Virus genome (UHGV): UHGV-0206991
DNA length: 41,125 nucleotides
Direction: 5' to 3' (one strand)
From: a virus
The notes beneath the pieces are model-generated. The model saw only the letters and a program-made list of their open reading frames with translations, was not told the origin of the DNA and searched no databases. A program made the translations under genes and the position numbers. Shown piece by piece: positions 25,698 through 34,780 of the stretch; positions within the stretch are counted from its first letter, which is position 1, and every line of letters starts with the position of its first letter.

Positions 25698-25799
25698 ATG
25701 AAAATTGACATCAATGAAGCCGCAGATGTATTGCGCAAGGTGGAGCTGCTGAAAAAAGCAATGCAACGGCAGCCAGTCAAAGAGGAGGAAGAAAAATGA
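25698..25799 (+). CDS. 33-aa hypothetical peptide
   Basis: RBS GAGGAGG; ATGA coupling with the next gene. Confidence 0.4.
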   Translation: MKIDINEAADVLRKVELLKKAMQRQPVKEEEEK

Positions 25800-26182
25800 A
25801 AATCAAGAGACTTTTAATCACGGTACTTATGGCGGCACTTCTGATCGGCTTTGCCGGATGTTCCGAGGCCGAAAAGGTGAATCATAACATTTCCCAGCAG
25901 GCGCGATACTTTGAGTGCGAACGGCGCGTGACAGTCTACAATGCCCGGACGGACAAAGTAATCATGTACATCGAGGGCTTTATCAACATCGAAAACAACG
26001 ACTACAGCGAGCTTATTGTAACGGCCAAAGTCGGCATAGATCAGTATAAGAAAAACTATGTTTACCTCAACGATTATACGCTTTATGTGGTGGAAGATAT
26101 CAACGGCACGCATACTGATCCGTATCATTACCGGGTATATTTCAACACCAACATCCTGCCGGACATCGTAACAAAGCCGTAA
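25796..26182 (+). CDS. Phage lipoprotein
   Basis: Signal peptide with lipobox FAGC; SEAEKVNHNISQ..F...RRVTVYNARTD motif. Confidence 0.8.
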   Translation: MKIKRLLITVLMAALLIGFAGCSEAEKVNHNISQQARYFECERRVTVYNARTDKVIMYIEGFINIENNDYSELIVTAKVGIDQYKKNYVYLNDYTLYVVEDINGTHTDPYHYRVYFNTNILPDIVTKP

Positions 26183-26194
26183 GGAGAGCCGACA

Positions 26195-26359
26195 ATGATA
26201 ATACAGCTTTACAAAAAAGACTATGCCGAGCTTTTGCAAACGCTTATTGAAAAAGTGCTTGAGACAGAAAGGCTTTACGCGAAAATATTTGAAAATTGCA
26301 AGCACCGTTCCGGCTGGTGCAAGCGCGGCGATTGCAAACACTGCGAATATACGAGGTGA
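26195..26359 (+). CDS. 54-aa hypothetical protein with C-terminal Cys cluster
   Basis: RBS AAGGAG; fills the gap between genes; not in ORF track. Confidence 0.45.
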   Translation: MIIQLYKKDYAELLQTLIEKVLETERLYAKIFENCKHRSGWCKRGDCKHCEYTR

Positions 26360-26363
26360 GAGG

Positions 26364-26591
26364 ATGACAACGGAAAAAGAGTTAAAACCCTGCCCGTTTT
26401 GCGGCGGACAAGCCGAACTCCGCAAGACTTTGGGACGGGAAAATTATTTTGTAAGGTGCAAAAACATGTGCGCAATAACCTGCGGGCGGCATAACATAAA
26501 CGGCAAATGGCGTCCAATCAGCCAAAATGAAGCAATTGAATTATGGAACAGGAGGACTAATGAAAATGAAAACAATAACAACAAAGATTAA
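26364..26591 (+). CDS. Lar-family restriction alleviation protein
   Basis: ELKPCPFCGG...C..C...EAIELWNRR. Confidence 0.8.
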   Translation: MTTEKELKPCPFCGGQAELRKTLGRENYFVRCKNMCAITCGRHNINGKWRPISQNEAIELWNRRTNENENNNNKD

Positions 26592-27021
26592 ATGGCGCAA
26601 TGCAGCGGAGGAGCTGCCAAAGGAGAGCTGCGAGGTGATGGTATTTGCAAAAGATTCCGGTTACATGAAGATTCTCCCGTACTCGGCGAAGCATGGAGTA
26701 TTTAACGCTATTGACCTTGAGCCAAGGGAAACAGCTATCGGGCACTGCATCGCAGTGGATTACTGGTGTTATGCAGACGAGATGCAGCCGGCATTGACAA
26801 CTTTCCCGGAGGAAGAAACGCTACCCGGCAAATTTGAGCTTGCACGCGGAGAGAAAAAGATTCAATTCCGCGAAGAAGCGGAGAAAGAGGAAGCGTGGAA
26901 TGCATTTGAAAAAGCACTGAAAGAGTGCCTTGCAGAACTTGCATCAAAAGGGAATCTGTTAATACAAGGCAATACACTGGAAACAGATATAGAAAAATTA
27001 TGGGAGGAAGAAACAGAATGA
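26560..27021 (+). CDS. DUF551-like hypothetical protein
   Basis: KWRNAAEELP..EVMV...VDYWC; RBS AGGAGG. Confidence 0.55.
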   Translation: MKMKTITTKIKWRNAAEELPKESCEVMVFAKDSGYMKILPYSAKHGVFNAIDLEPRETAIGHCIAVDYWCYADEMQPALTTFPEEETLPGKFELARGEKKIQFREEAEKEEAWNAFEKALKECLAELASKGNLLIQGNTLETDIEKLWEEETE

Positions 27022-27335
27022 TACACGCATTAAAAACACTGCCGGAATACTTTGAAGCGGTAAGGAATGGCGATAAAACCTTTGAGCTGCGAAAGAATGA
27101 CCGAAATTTCAAGGTCGGAGATTACCTCGCCCTGAATGAGTGGGACGGCAAAAAATACACCGGGCGGTCGCAGCTGGTAAAGGTCAGATATATCCTTGAT
27201 CCTAACGAGGTTATGAATTGCGCGGCCGGATATGTCATTATGAGAATTGCGCCGGCGCCGGGGGTTAGCAGCGCAGTAACAAATCCGTTTGATAACGAGC
27301 GGAAGGGAGGAAACAAAAATGCCGAGCAAGTATAA
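27018..27335 (+). CDS. ASCH/PUA-like (DUF3850) protein
   Basis: HALKTLPEYFEAV..GDKTFELRKNDRNFKVGD.L.L.EW. Confidence 0.85.
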   Translation: MIHALKTLPEYFEAVRNGDKTFELRKNDRNFKVGDYLALNEWDGKKYTGRSQLVKVRYILDPNEVMNCAAGYVIMRIAPAPGVSSAVTNPFDNERKGGNKNAEQV

Positions 27336-27702
27336 CAAATACGCAAACAAAAAGGTGCAGCTGGACGGGATCGCCTTTGACAGCCGCAAAGAGGCAAAAA
27401 GATACGCGGAGCTTAAGCTGCTGGAAAAGGCGGGCGAAATAACAGGGCTGGACAGGCAGGTAAAATTTGACCTTGTGCCTGCGCAATACGAGGAGTACGA
27501 GCGCACGGGCAAGAGTGGGCAGCCGCTCAAGCCCGGCAAGCGCTGCGTCGAGCTGGCGGTATGCTATGTGGCAGACTTTTGCTACCGCGATAAGGACGGC
27601 GAGTACATTGTGGAGGACACAAAAGGTTTTAAGACAAAGGACTATGTGATTAAGCGCAAGCTAATGCGCTATATGCTGGGCATAGCGATTAAGGAGGTAT
27701 AA
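27319..27702 (+). CDS. DUF1064 PD-(D/E)XK endonuclease
   Basis: KY.NKKV..DGIAFDSRKEA, YVADFCY, VEDTKG. Confidence 0.88.
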   Translation: MPSKYNKYANKKVQLDGIAFDSRKEAKRYAELKLLEKAGEITGLDRQVKFDLVPAQYEEYERTGKSGQPLKPGKRCVELAVCYVADFCYRDKDGEYIVEDTKGFKTKDYVIKRKLMRYMLGIAIKEV

Positions 27703-27705
27703 AAA

Positions 27706-28122
27706 ATGAACAAAGTTATACTTATAGGCCGCCTGTGCAGCAATCCTGAGCTGCGTACTACCCCTGCCGGAAAGTATGTGTGCGAGGTAAATATAGCCGT
27801 TGACAGGCGTATGGTCGCAGACGGCTCTAAAACGGCTGATTTTGTGCCTTTGGTGTTTTGGGGTACAAGTGCCGACTCGATATGCAAATACGGCTCTAAG
27901 GGGCAGAAAATAGCCATAGCGGGCATGCTGCACATTGATCAGTACGAAAAGGAGGGGCAAAAGCGCACAAGAGCCACCGTATGGGTGGATCAGTGGGAGT
28001 TTTGCGAGCCAAAAAGAGATACGGCGCCTGCCGGTCCCGATGCTGCGGCGAGATACAATGCTGCTGTTGCGGCTGCCGAGCAGCTTACCCCGGTGACGCC
28101 GGAGGATGAGCTGCCGTTTTAA
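27706..28122 (+). CDS. ssb: Single-stranded DNA-binding protein
   Basis: MNKVILIGRL..PELR.T; acidic C-terminus DELPF. Confidence 0.93.
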   Translation: MNKVILIGRLCSNPELRTTPAGKYVCEVNIAVDRRMVADGSKTADFVPLVFWGTSADSICKYGSKGQKIAIAGMLHIDQYEKEGQKRTRATVWVDQWEFCEPKRDTAPAGPDAAARYNAAVAAAEQLTPVTPEDELPF

Positions 28123-28134
28123 GGGGAGGGATTG

Positions 28135-28371
28135 ATGATGGTTGACGACCCGGTAAAAAGTCCCGCGCACTACTGTGATGGCGGGATAGAAACAAAAGAC
28201 TATATACGCAGCAAACTGACAAAAGCGGAATTTATAGGCTGGTGCAAGGGCAATGCCCTGAAATACATAAGCAGAGCCGGTAAAAAGGCCGGTAATAGCG
28301 CAGCGCAGGACATCGACAAGGCAATAGTGTATCTGGGCTGGGCGCGCGATCGAGCAGCGGACGACAATTAA
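28135..28371 (+). CDS. DUF3310 protein
   Basis: DPVKSPAHY..GGIET.DYI..GNALKYISRAGKK..DIDKA..YL. Confidence 0.85.
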   Translation: MMVDDPVKSPAHYCDGGIETKDYIRSKLTKAEFIGWCKGNALKYISRAGKKAGNSAAQDIDKAIVYLGWARDRAADDN

Positions 28372-28376
28372 CAGGC

Positions 28377-28405
28377 AAAAGCCCCGCGGTGTCCCCGCGG
28401 GGCTT
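28377..28405. terminator. Terminator between convergent operons
   Basis: AAGCCCCGCGG-TGTCC-CCGCGGGGCTT; U tract on the minus strand. Confidence 0.8.
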
Positions 28406-28413
28406 AACTTGCA

Positions 28414-28596
28414 CTAATCGTCCCAGACCTGGAAGAGACGATAGCGCAGCAGATTGACTATGTAATCGGGCGGTATGCGCGTGCCGCGCTCCCATGCGCT
28501 GAGAGTCTGCAGCGGAATCCCGGTAAGGCTGCAAAACTCTCTTTGCGTGAGCTGCAATGCTTTGCGCATTGCTTTGATATCAGCCCCTGTAGCCAT
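28414..28596 (-). CDS. Small XRE HTH regulator (Aca-like position)
   Basis: IKAMRKALQLTQREFCSLTGIPLQTLSAWERGTRIPPDY; last gene of a three-gene operon. Confidence 0.85.
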   Translation of the reverse strand: MATGADIKAMRKALQLTQREFCSLTGIPLQTLSAWERGTRIPPDYIVNLLRYRLFQVWDD

Positions 28597-28783
28597 TGCG
28601 GATGATTATCTCCTCCTCGCAATACTCTGTATCCGTATCAATAACGGCAATGCGGATCTCCTGCCCGTCGTAGTCCTCATTGCAAGTCATTTTTGACGCC
28701 ATCTCGGCCGCAGCCTCGTAATTATCGCTGCCGTTGTCCCAATCGTAATTGTCACCGTGCTGTACTGCGTAAAACTTTACCAT
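28580..28783 (-). CDS. 67-aa acidic protein (anti-defence candidate)
   Basis: RBS AAGGAGG; 16 D/E versus 5 K/R; directly upstream of the HTH gene. Confidence 0.7.
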   Translation of the reverse strand: MVKFYAVQHGDNYDWDNGSDNYEAAAEMASKMTCNEDYDGQEIRIAVIDTDTEYCEEEIIIRNGYRG

Positions 28784-28795
28784 TTTTGCCCCTCC

Positions 28796-29362
28796 TTAAT
28801 TAGATTTTGTGGACGCCACAAGCATATCCCACTGCGCCTCGCAGACGGCCGTGCACTGCAGTATTGACACGCCGTTCATAAAATCTTCGCAGCGCTCGTA
28901 TTTTTGGCCATCGAATATCACATTATTTCCCTCGATTTTGCCAGCAAAATAGGTATACCGGCCGTACTGCTTAGGCTTGCCGCAGATTGGGGTAAGTGTG
29001 CCGTCGGCAAAGAGGCATCTGTCCTCGATATAATCACCGTTGTTAAGGCGATGCACTGCCTGCAAATCGGATTCGGGGATGGCGGTATTTTGTATGCCGA
29101 TGTGACTATCGACACTTACGACGAGAGTATCCGGCAATTTGGCAAGGCCGGTGCAACCGTAAAGATTGCAATCGCCGCCGACAGTGAGGTTTTCCGGTAA
29201 CGCTGTAAGGCTGTCGCAATAGCTGAGGTCGAGATTGCCGCACACGACAAGATCGTCGGGCAGCGAGGTGATCTGCGCGCCCATAAGGTCGAGATTGCCG
29301 CAGTGATCTGCCATTATGGCATTGAGCTCTTCAAGGGTTGGGTTAGTATTGATGTTTGTCAT
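28796..29362 (-). CDS. Leucine-rich-repeat protein
   Basis: RBS GGAGG before ATG 29362; ITSLPDDLVVCGNLDLSYC / LTALPENLTVGG repeats. Confidence 0.75.
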   Translation of the reverse strand: MTNINTNPTLEELNAIMADHCGNLDLMGAQITSLPDDLVVCGNLDLSYCDSLTALPENLTVGGDCNLYGCTGLAKLPDTLVVSVDSHIGIQNTAIPESDLQAVHRLNNGDYIEDRCLFADGTLTPICGKPKQYGRYTYFAGKIEGNNVIFDGQKYERCEDFMNGVSILQCTAVCEAQWDMLVASTKSN

Positions 29363-29410
29363 TTTTGTTTCCTCCGTTTTTAATGTTTTGTTGTCCTCGT
29401 TACGGCTTTT

Positions 29411-29440
29411 ATTATACACTGTATAACTTGCTTGTCAAGC
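29411..29440 (-). promoter_or_regulatory. Strong sigma-A promoter with palindromic operator
   Basis: Minus strand TTGACA, 16 bp, TATAAT. TTATACA-C-TGTATAA (29412-29426) overlaps the -10 and GCTTG-T-CAAGC (29430-29440) overlaps the -35. Confidence 0.8.
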
Positions 29441-29499
29441 GTTTTTACAAAAATATTTTAACAATTCATAAAATGTTCACATTTTCCCCTCTTTGAGGT

Positions 29500-29532
29500 G
29501 GGGAGAAATCTGCACCGCCGCTGTGATATTAT
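29500..29532 (+). promoter_or_regulatory. Phage late promoter motif upstream of the terminase genes
   Basis: GGGGAGA, 20 bp, TATTAT with TG extension. Confidence 0.7.
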
Positions 29533-29552
29533 GTGCTGCAGGAGGTGAGCGC

Positions 29553-30074
29553 ATGGCGGGACACAGAGGCACGGGACCGCAGCCGGAAACGGACTGGCTG
29601 GCGATATCACTTGAGTATATATGCGGTACAGACGGCGTGACGCAGGCCTCGCTGGCAAAAAAGTATAATCTGCCTAAGGATACGGTAGCTCGCGCGTGCA
29701 GAGTCAACGGCTGGGGCGCGAAGCGTGCCCGTTACCGCAAAAAGGCGTTTGAGCAGGCGCTGGAAAAATCCGTAAAAAAGGACGCAAACCGCATGGCAAA
29801 GCTAATCACTGCCGCGGACGATATCAGCGCAACGATAGCTAAGGTATGCAGGGACTCTAAGCAATTTAACCGCCATCTCGTCAAAAACGCCGCAGATGAG
29901 ACGGTGGAGAGGATTTTTGACAAGGCCGACACACGGGCGCTGCGCGATCTGAGCGGCGCAATTAAGGATATGGTAGGGGTAATGCAGGCGCTGTACGACA
30001 AAAAGGACCCGACGCAGGAGCAGGAAAAGGGCGGCGTAATCGTGCTTGCGGATGTGGACGAGGAGGACGCATGA
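29553..30074 (+). CDS. terS: Terminase small subunit
   Basis: RBS AGGAGGTG; DWLAISLEYI..TQASLAKKYN..W HTH; coupled to TerL. Confidence 0.7.
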   Translation: MAGHRGTGPQPETDWLAISLEYICGTDGVTQASLAKKYNLPKDTVARACRVNGWGAKRARYRKKAFEQALEKSVKKDANRMAKLITAADDISATIAKVCRDSKQFNRHLVKNAADETVERIFDKADTRALRDLSGAIKDMVGVMQALYDKKDPTQEQEKGGVIVLADVDEEDA

Positions 30075-31534
30075 GCAACTACAAAAAGCGCCCTGCACCG
30101 GTAATCTGGCGGCCGCAGCCAAAGCAGGCAGCATTTATGCGCCGGCCGGAGTTTGAGGCGCTGTACGGCGGAGCAGCCGGGGGCGGCAAGTCTGACGCGC
30201 TGCTGGCAGAGGCGCTGCGGCAGGTGGATATCCCGCATTATAAGGCACTTATCCTGCGCAAGACCTACCCGCAGCTCACTGAGCTTATAGACCGCTCGCG
30301 CACCTTGTACGGTGCAGCTTTTCCCGCAGCGCGGTACAACGCCACGGGGCATGTGTGGTGCTTCCCATCCGGCGCAAAGATCTATTTTGGCTCAATGCAG
30401 CGCGCAGCTGACAAGATCAACTATCAGGGCAAGGCGTATGATTTTATCGCCTTTGACGAGCTGACGCATTTTAGCTGGGAGGAGTACTCGTATTTGTTTT
30501 CCCGCTGCCGCCCCACGGGACCGGGGACACGGTGCTATATCCGCGCCACCACCAACCCCGGCGGAATCGGGCATGCGTGGGTTAAGGAGCGATTTATTTC
30601 CGCCGCTGCGCCGCTTACGACCATTACAGAGGAGAGTACGGTGCCTGACGGCAAGGGCGGCACGATGCATATCAAGCGCGACCGGGTATTTGTGCCGTCC
30701 ACCGTATACGACAATCGCGCGCTGCTTGCCAATGATCCCGGCTATCTTGCCAACCTTGCCATGCTGCCGGAGGCGGAGCGCAATGCCCTGCTACTGGGCA
30801 GCTGGGACTCCTTCAACGGACAGGTATTTTGCGAGTGGCGCAACGACCCCACACACTACCTCGATCACCGCTGGACACATGTTATATCGCCGTTTGATAT
30901 TCCGCCGGAGTGGCGGGTAATGCGCTGTTTTGATTTTGGCTACACTCACCCCTACTCCGTGCATTGGCTTGCATACGATACGCGCGGGAAAATGTACGCC
31001 ATACGCGAGCTGTACGGCACGGACGGCACTCCCAACAAGGGCAATAGGCTTACGCCGGTGCAGATAGCCGCAGAGATACGCAGGATAGAGCAGGACGATC
31101 CCATGCTGCGCGGGCGTAAGATATGGGGAGTGGCTGACCCGGCCATCTTTGACGCCTCACGCGGGGAGTCAATAGCAGATATGATGGCAGCCGCACCTAA
31201 CTTTATTTTGTGGGACAAGGGCGATAATGCCCGCATAGCAGGCAAGATGCAATGGCACTACCGCCTCGCCTTTGACGCGACCGGCGAGCCCATGTTTCAG
31301 GCGTTTGAGGGCTGCAAGCACCTCATCCGCACCATTCCGGCGCTTGTATACTCGCAGAGCAATGTAGAGGACATCGACACGGACGGCGAGGATCACGCCT
31401 ACGATGCCCTGCGCTACGCATTTATGGAGAGGCCGATAGCTCCGCGCAAGCACACTAAGCCGACAGTGGATCTGACGGACCCGTTCTCGCGCGGGCAGGA
31501 GACTATAAGACCGCACGATTATTTCCGCATATAG
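30071..31534 (+). CDS. terL: Terminase large subunit
   Basis: YGGAAGGGKS Walker A, FIAFDEL Walker B, TTNPGG, DFGY..P, DHAYDALRY. Confidence 0.96.
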   Translation: MSNYKKRPAPVIWRPQPKQAAFMRRPEFEALYGGAAGGGKSDALLAEALRQVDIPHYKALILRKTYPQLTELIDRSRTLYGAAFPAARYNATGHVWCFPSGAKIYFGSMQRAADKINYQGKAYDFIAFDELTHFSWEEYSYLFSRCRPTGPGTRCYIRATTNPGGIGHAWVKERFISAAAPLTTITEESTVPDGKGGTMHIKRDRVFVPSTVYDNRALLANDPGYLANLAMLPEAERNALLLGSWDSFNGQVFCEWRNDPTHYLDHRWTHVISPFDIPPEWRVMRCFDFGYTHPYSVHWLAYDTRGKMYAIRELYGTDGTPNKGNRLTPVQIAAEIRRIEQDDPMLRGRKIWGVADPAIFDASRGESIADMMAAAPNFILWDKGDNARIAGKMQWHYRLAFDATGEPMFQAFEGCKHLIRTIPALVYSQSNVEDIDTDGEDHAYDALRYAFMERPIAPRKHTKPTVDLTDPFSRGQETIRPHDYFRI

Positions 31535-31544
31535 GGAGGCAGAT

Positions 31545-33446
31545 ATGGATAATTATCAGACCGCCGTGCCGGAGGCACAGCAGATACAGGAGACAGCCCC
31601 GGCCGCAGAGCCGCAGGGCACGATACAGCGCATAGGCGAGGCGCAGATAACGGAGGCGCTTACCACTCTCAAGCGCTATAAGGACGGCAAAAAGAGCCTT
31701 GATACGCGCATCGTGGATAACAACGAGTGGTACCGCATGCGGCACTGGAAACAGATGTCACGCGGCGCGGAGACCGGCACGCCGGAGCCTGCGTCCGCGT
31801 GGCTGTTTAACAGCCTTGCAAACAAGCACGCAGACGCTATGGATAACTACCCGGAGCCCAGTGTGCTGCCTAACGAGCCCAACGACGGGCAGGAGGCGCA
31901 GAAACTGTCAAAGATCATCCCCGTGGTGCTTGAGCAAAACGATTTTGAGAGCGCGTACAGTAAGATGTGGTGGTCAAAATTGGAGTCCGGCACCGGCGCT
32001 TACGGCGTATTTTGGGACAGCCGCAAGCTTAACGGGCTGGGGGATATAGATATAGCAAGCGTGGATATCCTCAACCTGTTTTGGGAGCCGGGCATAACTG
32101 ACCTGCAAAAGAGCCGCAATCTGTTTTGCGTGGAGCTGGTGGACAATGACCTGTTGGAGAGAGCATACCCGCAGCTCAAGGGCAAGCTGGGCGGCACCAC
32201 TATTGATGTATCCAAGTATATCTACGATGATACGGTGGACACGAGCGACAAGTCATATGTGATCGATTGGTACTACAAGGTATCCGAGGGCGGACGGCAG
32301 GTGCTGCATTATTGCAAATTTGTAGACACCGAGGTGCTGTATGCCTCGGAAAACGATCCTACAATGCAGGAGCGGGGCTTTTACGACCACGGCAAGTACC
32401 CCTTTGTACTGGATGTGCTGTTCCCGGAAAAGGGCACGCCGTTTGGATTTGGCTATGTAGATATCATGCGGGATGCGCAAACCTACATAGACAAGATAGG
32501 GCAGGCATTTATGGAAAACGCCCTGTCCTCGGCCACTCCGCGCTACTTTGTGCGCGACGACGGCAGTATTAACGAGGACGAGTTCCGGGACACGCGCAAC
32601 CATTTTATCCATGTTACCGGCACCAAGCTGGGCGACGACTCCATACGCCCTGTGGATTCTCCGCAGCTCTCCGCCGTATATCTCAATGTGCTGCAGGAAA
32701 AGATTGACGAGCTCAAGGAGACCAGCGGCAACCGTGACTTTTCGCAGGGCGGCACCACCTCCGGCGTTACTGCTGCATCGGCCATATCCGCATTGATGGA
32801 GGCGGGCAGCAAGCTATCCCGTGATGCCAACAAGAGCGCATACAGGGCATACAAGGAGGTTTGCTACCTCGTAATAGAGCTTATACGGCAGTTTTACGAC
32901 GAGCCGCGCACCTTCCGTATTGTGGGCGATATGGGGCGCACGGAGTTTGTGCAGTATGATAACGCAGCCATACGCCCTGTAAGCATGGGTACGGCCTTTG
33001 GAGTGGATCAGGGCTACCGGCTCCCCACCTTTGACATCACCGTTGCGCCGCAAAAGGCGTCCGCATACTCCAAGATGGCGCAAAACGAGCTTGCATTGCA
33101 GCTGTATCAGCTGGGTATCTTTAACCCGCAGACGGCGGATCAGGCGCTTGCGTGCGTTAAAATGATGGACTTCCGCGGACGCGAGGATGTAATCGACACA
33201 ATACAGCGCAATCAGACGCTGCTGCAGATGGTGCAGATGTATCAGGCACTGTCTTTGCAGCTTGCACAGCAGCTGGACGCGGCCACAGGCTCACAGGCCG
33301 CCGCTATGGTGGCGCAAAACATAGCTGCTTCCGGCGGCGTAGCTACGGCAGGCGGAGGCGGCAGCGTGGACTTAAGCGGCGGGAACGGCATGACAATGAC
33401 GGAGCAGATGGTACAGACGGCGCAGGATCAGGCCGCGCCGAGATAG
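31545..33446 (+). CDS. Portal protein (podovirus/P22-like)
   Basis: 633 aa directly after TerL; SGVTAASAI..L.EAG motif; helical C-terminal extension. Confidence 0.85.
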   Translation: MDNYQTAVPEAQQIQETAPAAEPQGTIQRIGEAQITEALTTLKRYKDGKKSLDTRIVDNNEWYRMRHWKQMSRGAETGTPEPASAWLFNSLANKHADAMDNYPEPSVLPNEPNDGQEAQKLSKIIPVVLEQNDFESAYSKMWWSKLESGTGAYGVFWDSRKLNGLGDIDIASVDILNLFWEPGITDLQKSRNLFCVELVDNDLLERAYPQLKGKLGGTTIDVSKYIYDDTVDTSDKSYVIDWYYKVSEGGRQVLHYCKFVDTEVLYASENDPTMQERGFYDHGKYPFVLDVLFPEKGTPFGFGYVDIMRDAQTYIDKIGQAFMENALSSATPRYFVRDDGSINEDEFRDTRNHFIHVTGTKLGDDSIRPVDSPQLSAVYLNVLQEKIDELKETSGNRDFSQGGTTSGVTAASAISALMEAGSKLSRDANKSAYRAYKEVCYLVIELIRQFYDEPRTFRIVGDMGRTEFVQYDNAAIRPVSMGTAFGVDQGYRLPTFDITVAPQKASAYSKMAQNELALQLYQLGIFNPQTADQALACVKMMDFRGREDVIDTIQRNQTLLQMVQMYQALSLQLAQQLDAATGSQAAAMVAQNIAASGGVATAGGGGSVDLSGGNGMTMTEQMVQTAQDQAAPR

Positions 33447-33455
33447 GAGCTTGCT

Positions 33456-33818
33456 ATGGTACGGATTGAGTTATCAAACAAAGGCAATCTGCGTACCCTG
33501 CGGCTGCGCGGGCATGCTGACACACCGCCGAGCGGGGACGCAAGCATTATCTGCGCAGCCTGCTCAATGCTAACCTATACGCTGGCGCAGTGCGTGACGG
33601 ATATGGCCGCAGCCGGGCTTGTGGATGTGGATAAAATGCAGCTTGAGCCCGGTGACGCGGATGTAATTTACACGATAAGAGCAGGGCACGAGGCCGCAGC
33701 GGATACCTCCGCAAGCGCGATTCTCCGCGGCTATGAGCTTTTAGCCCTGCAATATCCTAAAATTTTCCGTATTACACACGCCGATACCCCCGAAGGTGGG
33801 GAGAAATCCCAGAATTAA
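33456..33818 (+). CDS. prp: Prp-family (phage-related ribosomal) cysteine protease
   Basis: GHA...IICAACS catalytic His/Cys pattern and L..QYP near the C-terminus; located between portal and scaffold. Confidence 0.85.
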   Translation: MVRIELSNKGNLRTLRLRGHADTPPSGDASIICAACSMLTYTLAQCVTDMAAAGLVDVDKMQLEPGDADVIYTIRAGHEAAADTSASAILRGYELLALQYPKIFRITHADTPEGGEKSQN

Positions 33819-33829
33819 ACTGCTATACT
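33798..33829 (+). promoter_or_regulatory. Phage late promoter motif upstream of scaffold/capsid
   Basis: GGGGAGA, 19 bp, TATACT with TG extension. Confidence 0.75.
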
Positions 33830-33864
33830 TACGCTGACACTTCGGAAAGACGATGGAGGGACAC

Positions 33865-34752
33865 ATGTTATTTATCAATCTTAAGCTCTTTGACGGTGCA
33901 GGCGCTGCCGGAGCAGCACCGGCGGGAGCGCCAACGGGCGATGCAGGAACCGCGCCGGACGCCGCGACGCAGGACAACGGACAGGCCGCAGAAAACGGCG
34001 GCACGGAAACCGGCAAGGAGACAAAGGGTGCCGAGCCTATTGACAAGGGCAAGGAATTTGAGACGCTGATAAAGACCGAGTACAAGGATGAGTTTGCAAA
34101 GCGCACGCAAAAAATCATCGATCAGCGCTTCAAGGAGGCCAAGGCAATACAGGAGCGGCAGAGCAAAATGCAGCCAATGCTGGATTTGCTTGCAGGCAAG
34201 TACGGCATAAAGGCGGACGATATCGACGGACTTGTGGACGCAATCAATAAGGACGATTCCCTTATCGAGAAGGTGGCAATGGATTCCGGCATGAGCGTAG
34301 AGCAGTACAGGTATACGGAAAAGCTTAAGCGCGAAAATGCCGAATTACGGCGCGCCGAGGAAGAGCGGCAGCGCGTAGACGCAAACAACAAATTCTACGC
34401 GGACATGCTGGATCAGTCGAAACAGGTTAAGGCGATATATCCGACCTTTGAGCTGGAAACAGAGCTGCAGAACAAGGCATTTTTGGAAGCCATGCGTGTA
34501 CCGGGCGTAAGCGTGCGCACCGCCTACGAACTGGCACATCGTGACGAGCTCATAGCCCCGGCTATGGCCACGGCAGCTCAAAAGGCCACGGAAGCAGTCG
34601 TCAACAACATCAAGGCACGCGGCGCGCGTCCGACCGAAAACGGGCTGGGCAACGGCTCCGGGCTGACCACGCAGACCGATGTCTCCAAAATGACCAGAGC
34701 GCAGCGGGAGGAAATCTACCGCCGCGTCGTAGAAAGAGGCGAGCGAATATAG
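33865..34752 (+). CDS. Capsid scaffolding protein
   Basis: Starts MLFINLKLF (Prp-type leader); acidic coiled coil; precedes the capsid gene. Confidence 0.8.
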   Translation: MLFINLKLFDGAGAAGAAPAGAPTGDAGTAPDAATQDNGQAAENGGTETGKETKGAEPIDKGKEFETLIKTEYKDEFAKRTQKIIDQRFKEAKAIQERQSKMQPMLDLLAGKYGIKADDIDGLVDAINKDDSLIEKVAMDSGMSVEQYRYTEKLKRENAELRRAEEERQRVDANNKFYADMLDQSKQVKAIYPTFELETELQNKAFLEAMRVPGVSVRTAYELAHRDELIAPAMATAAQKATEAVVNNIKARGARPTENGLGNGSGLTTQTDVSKMTRAQREEIYRRVVERGERI

Positions 34753-34780
34753 CCGCCCGACACAGCAAAGGAGACTGGAT

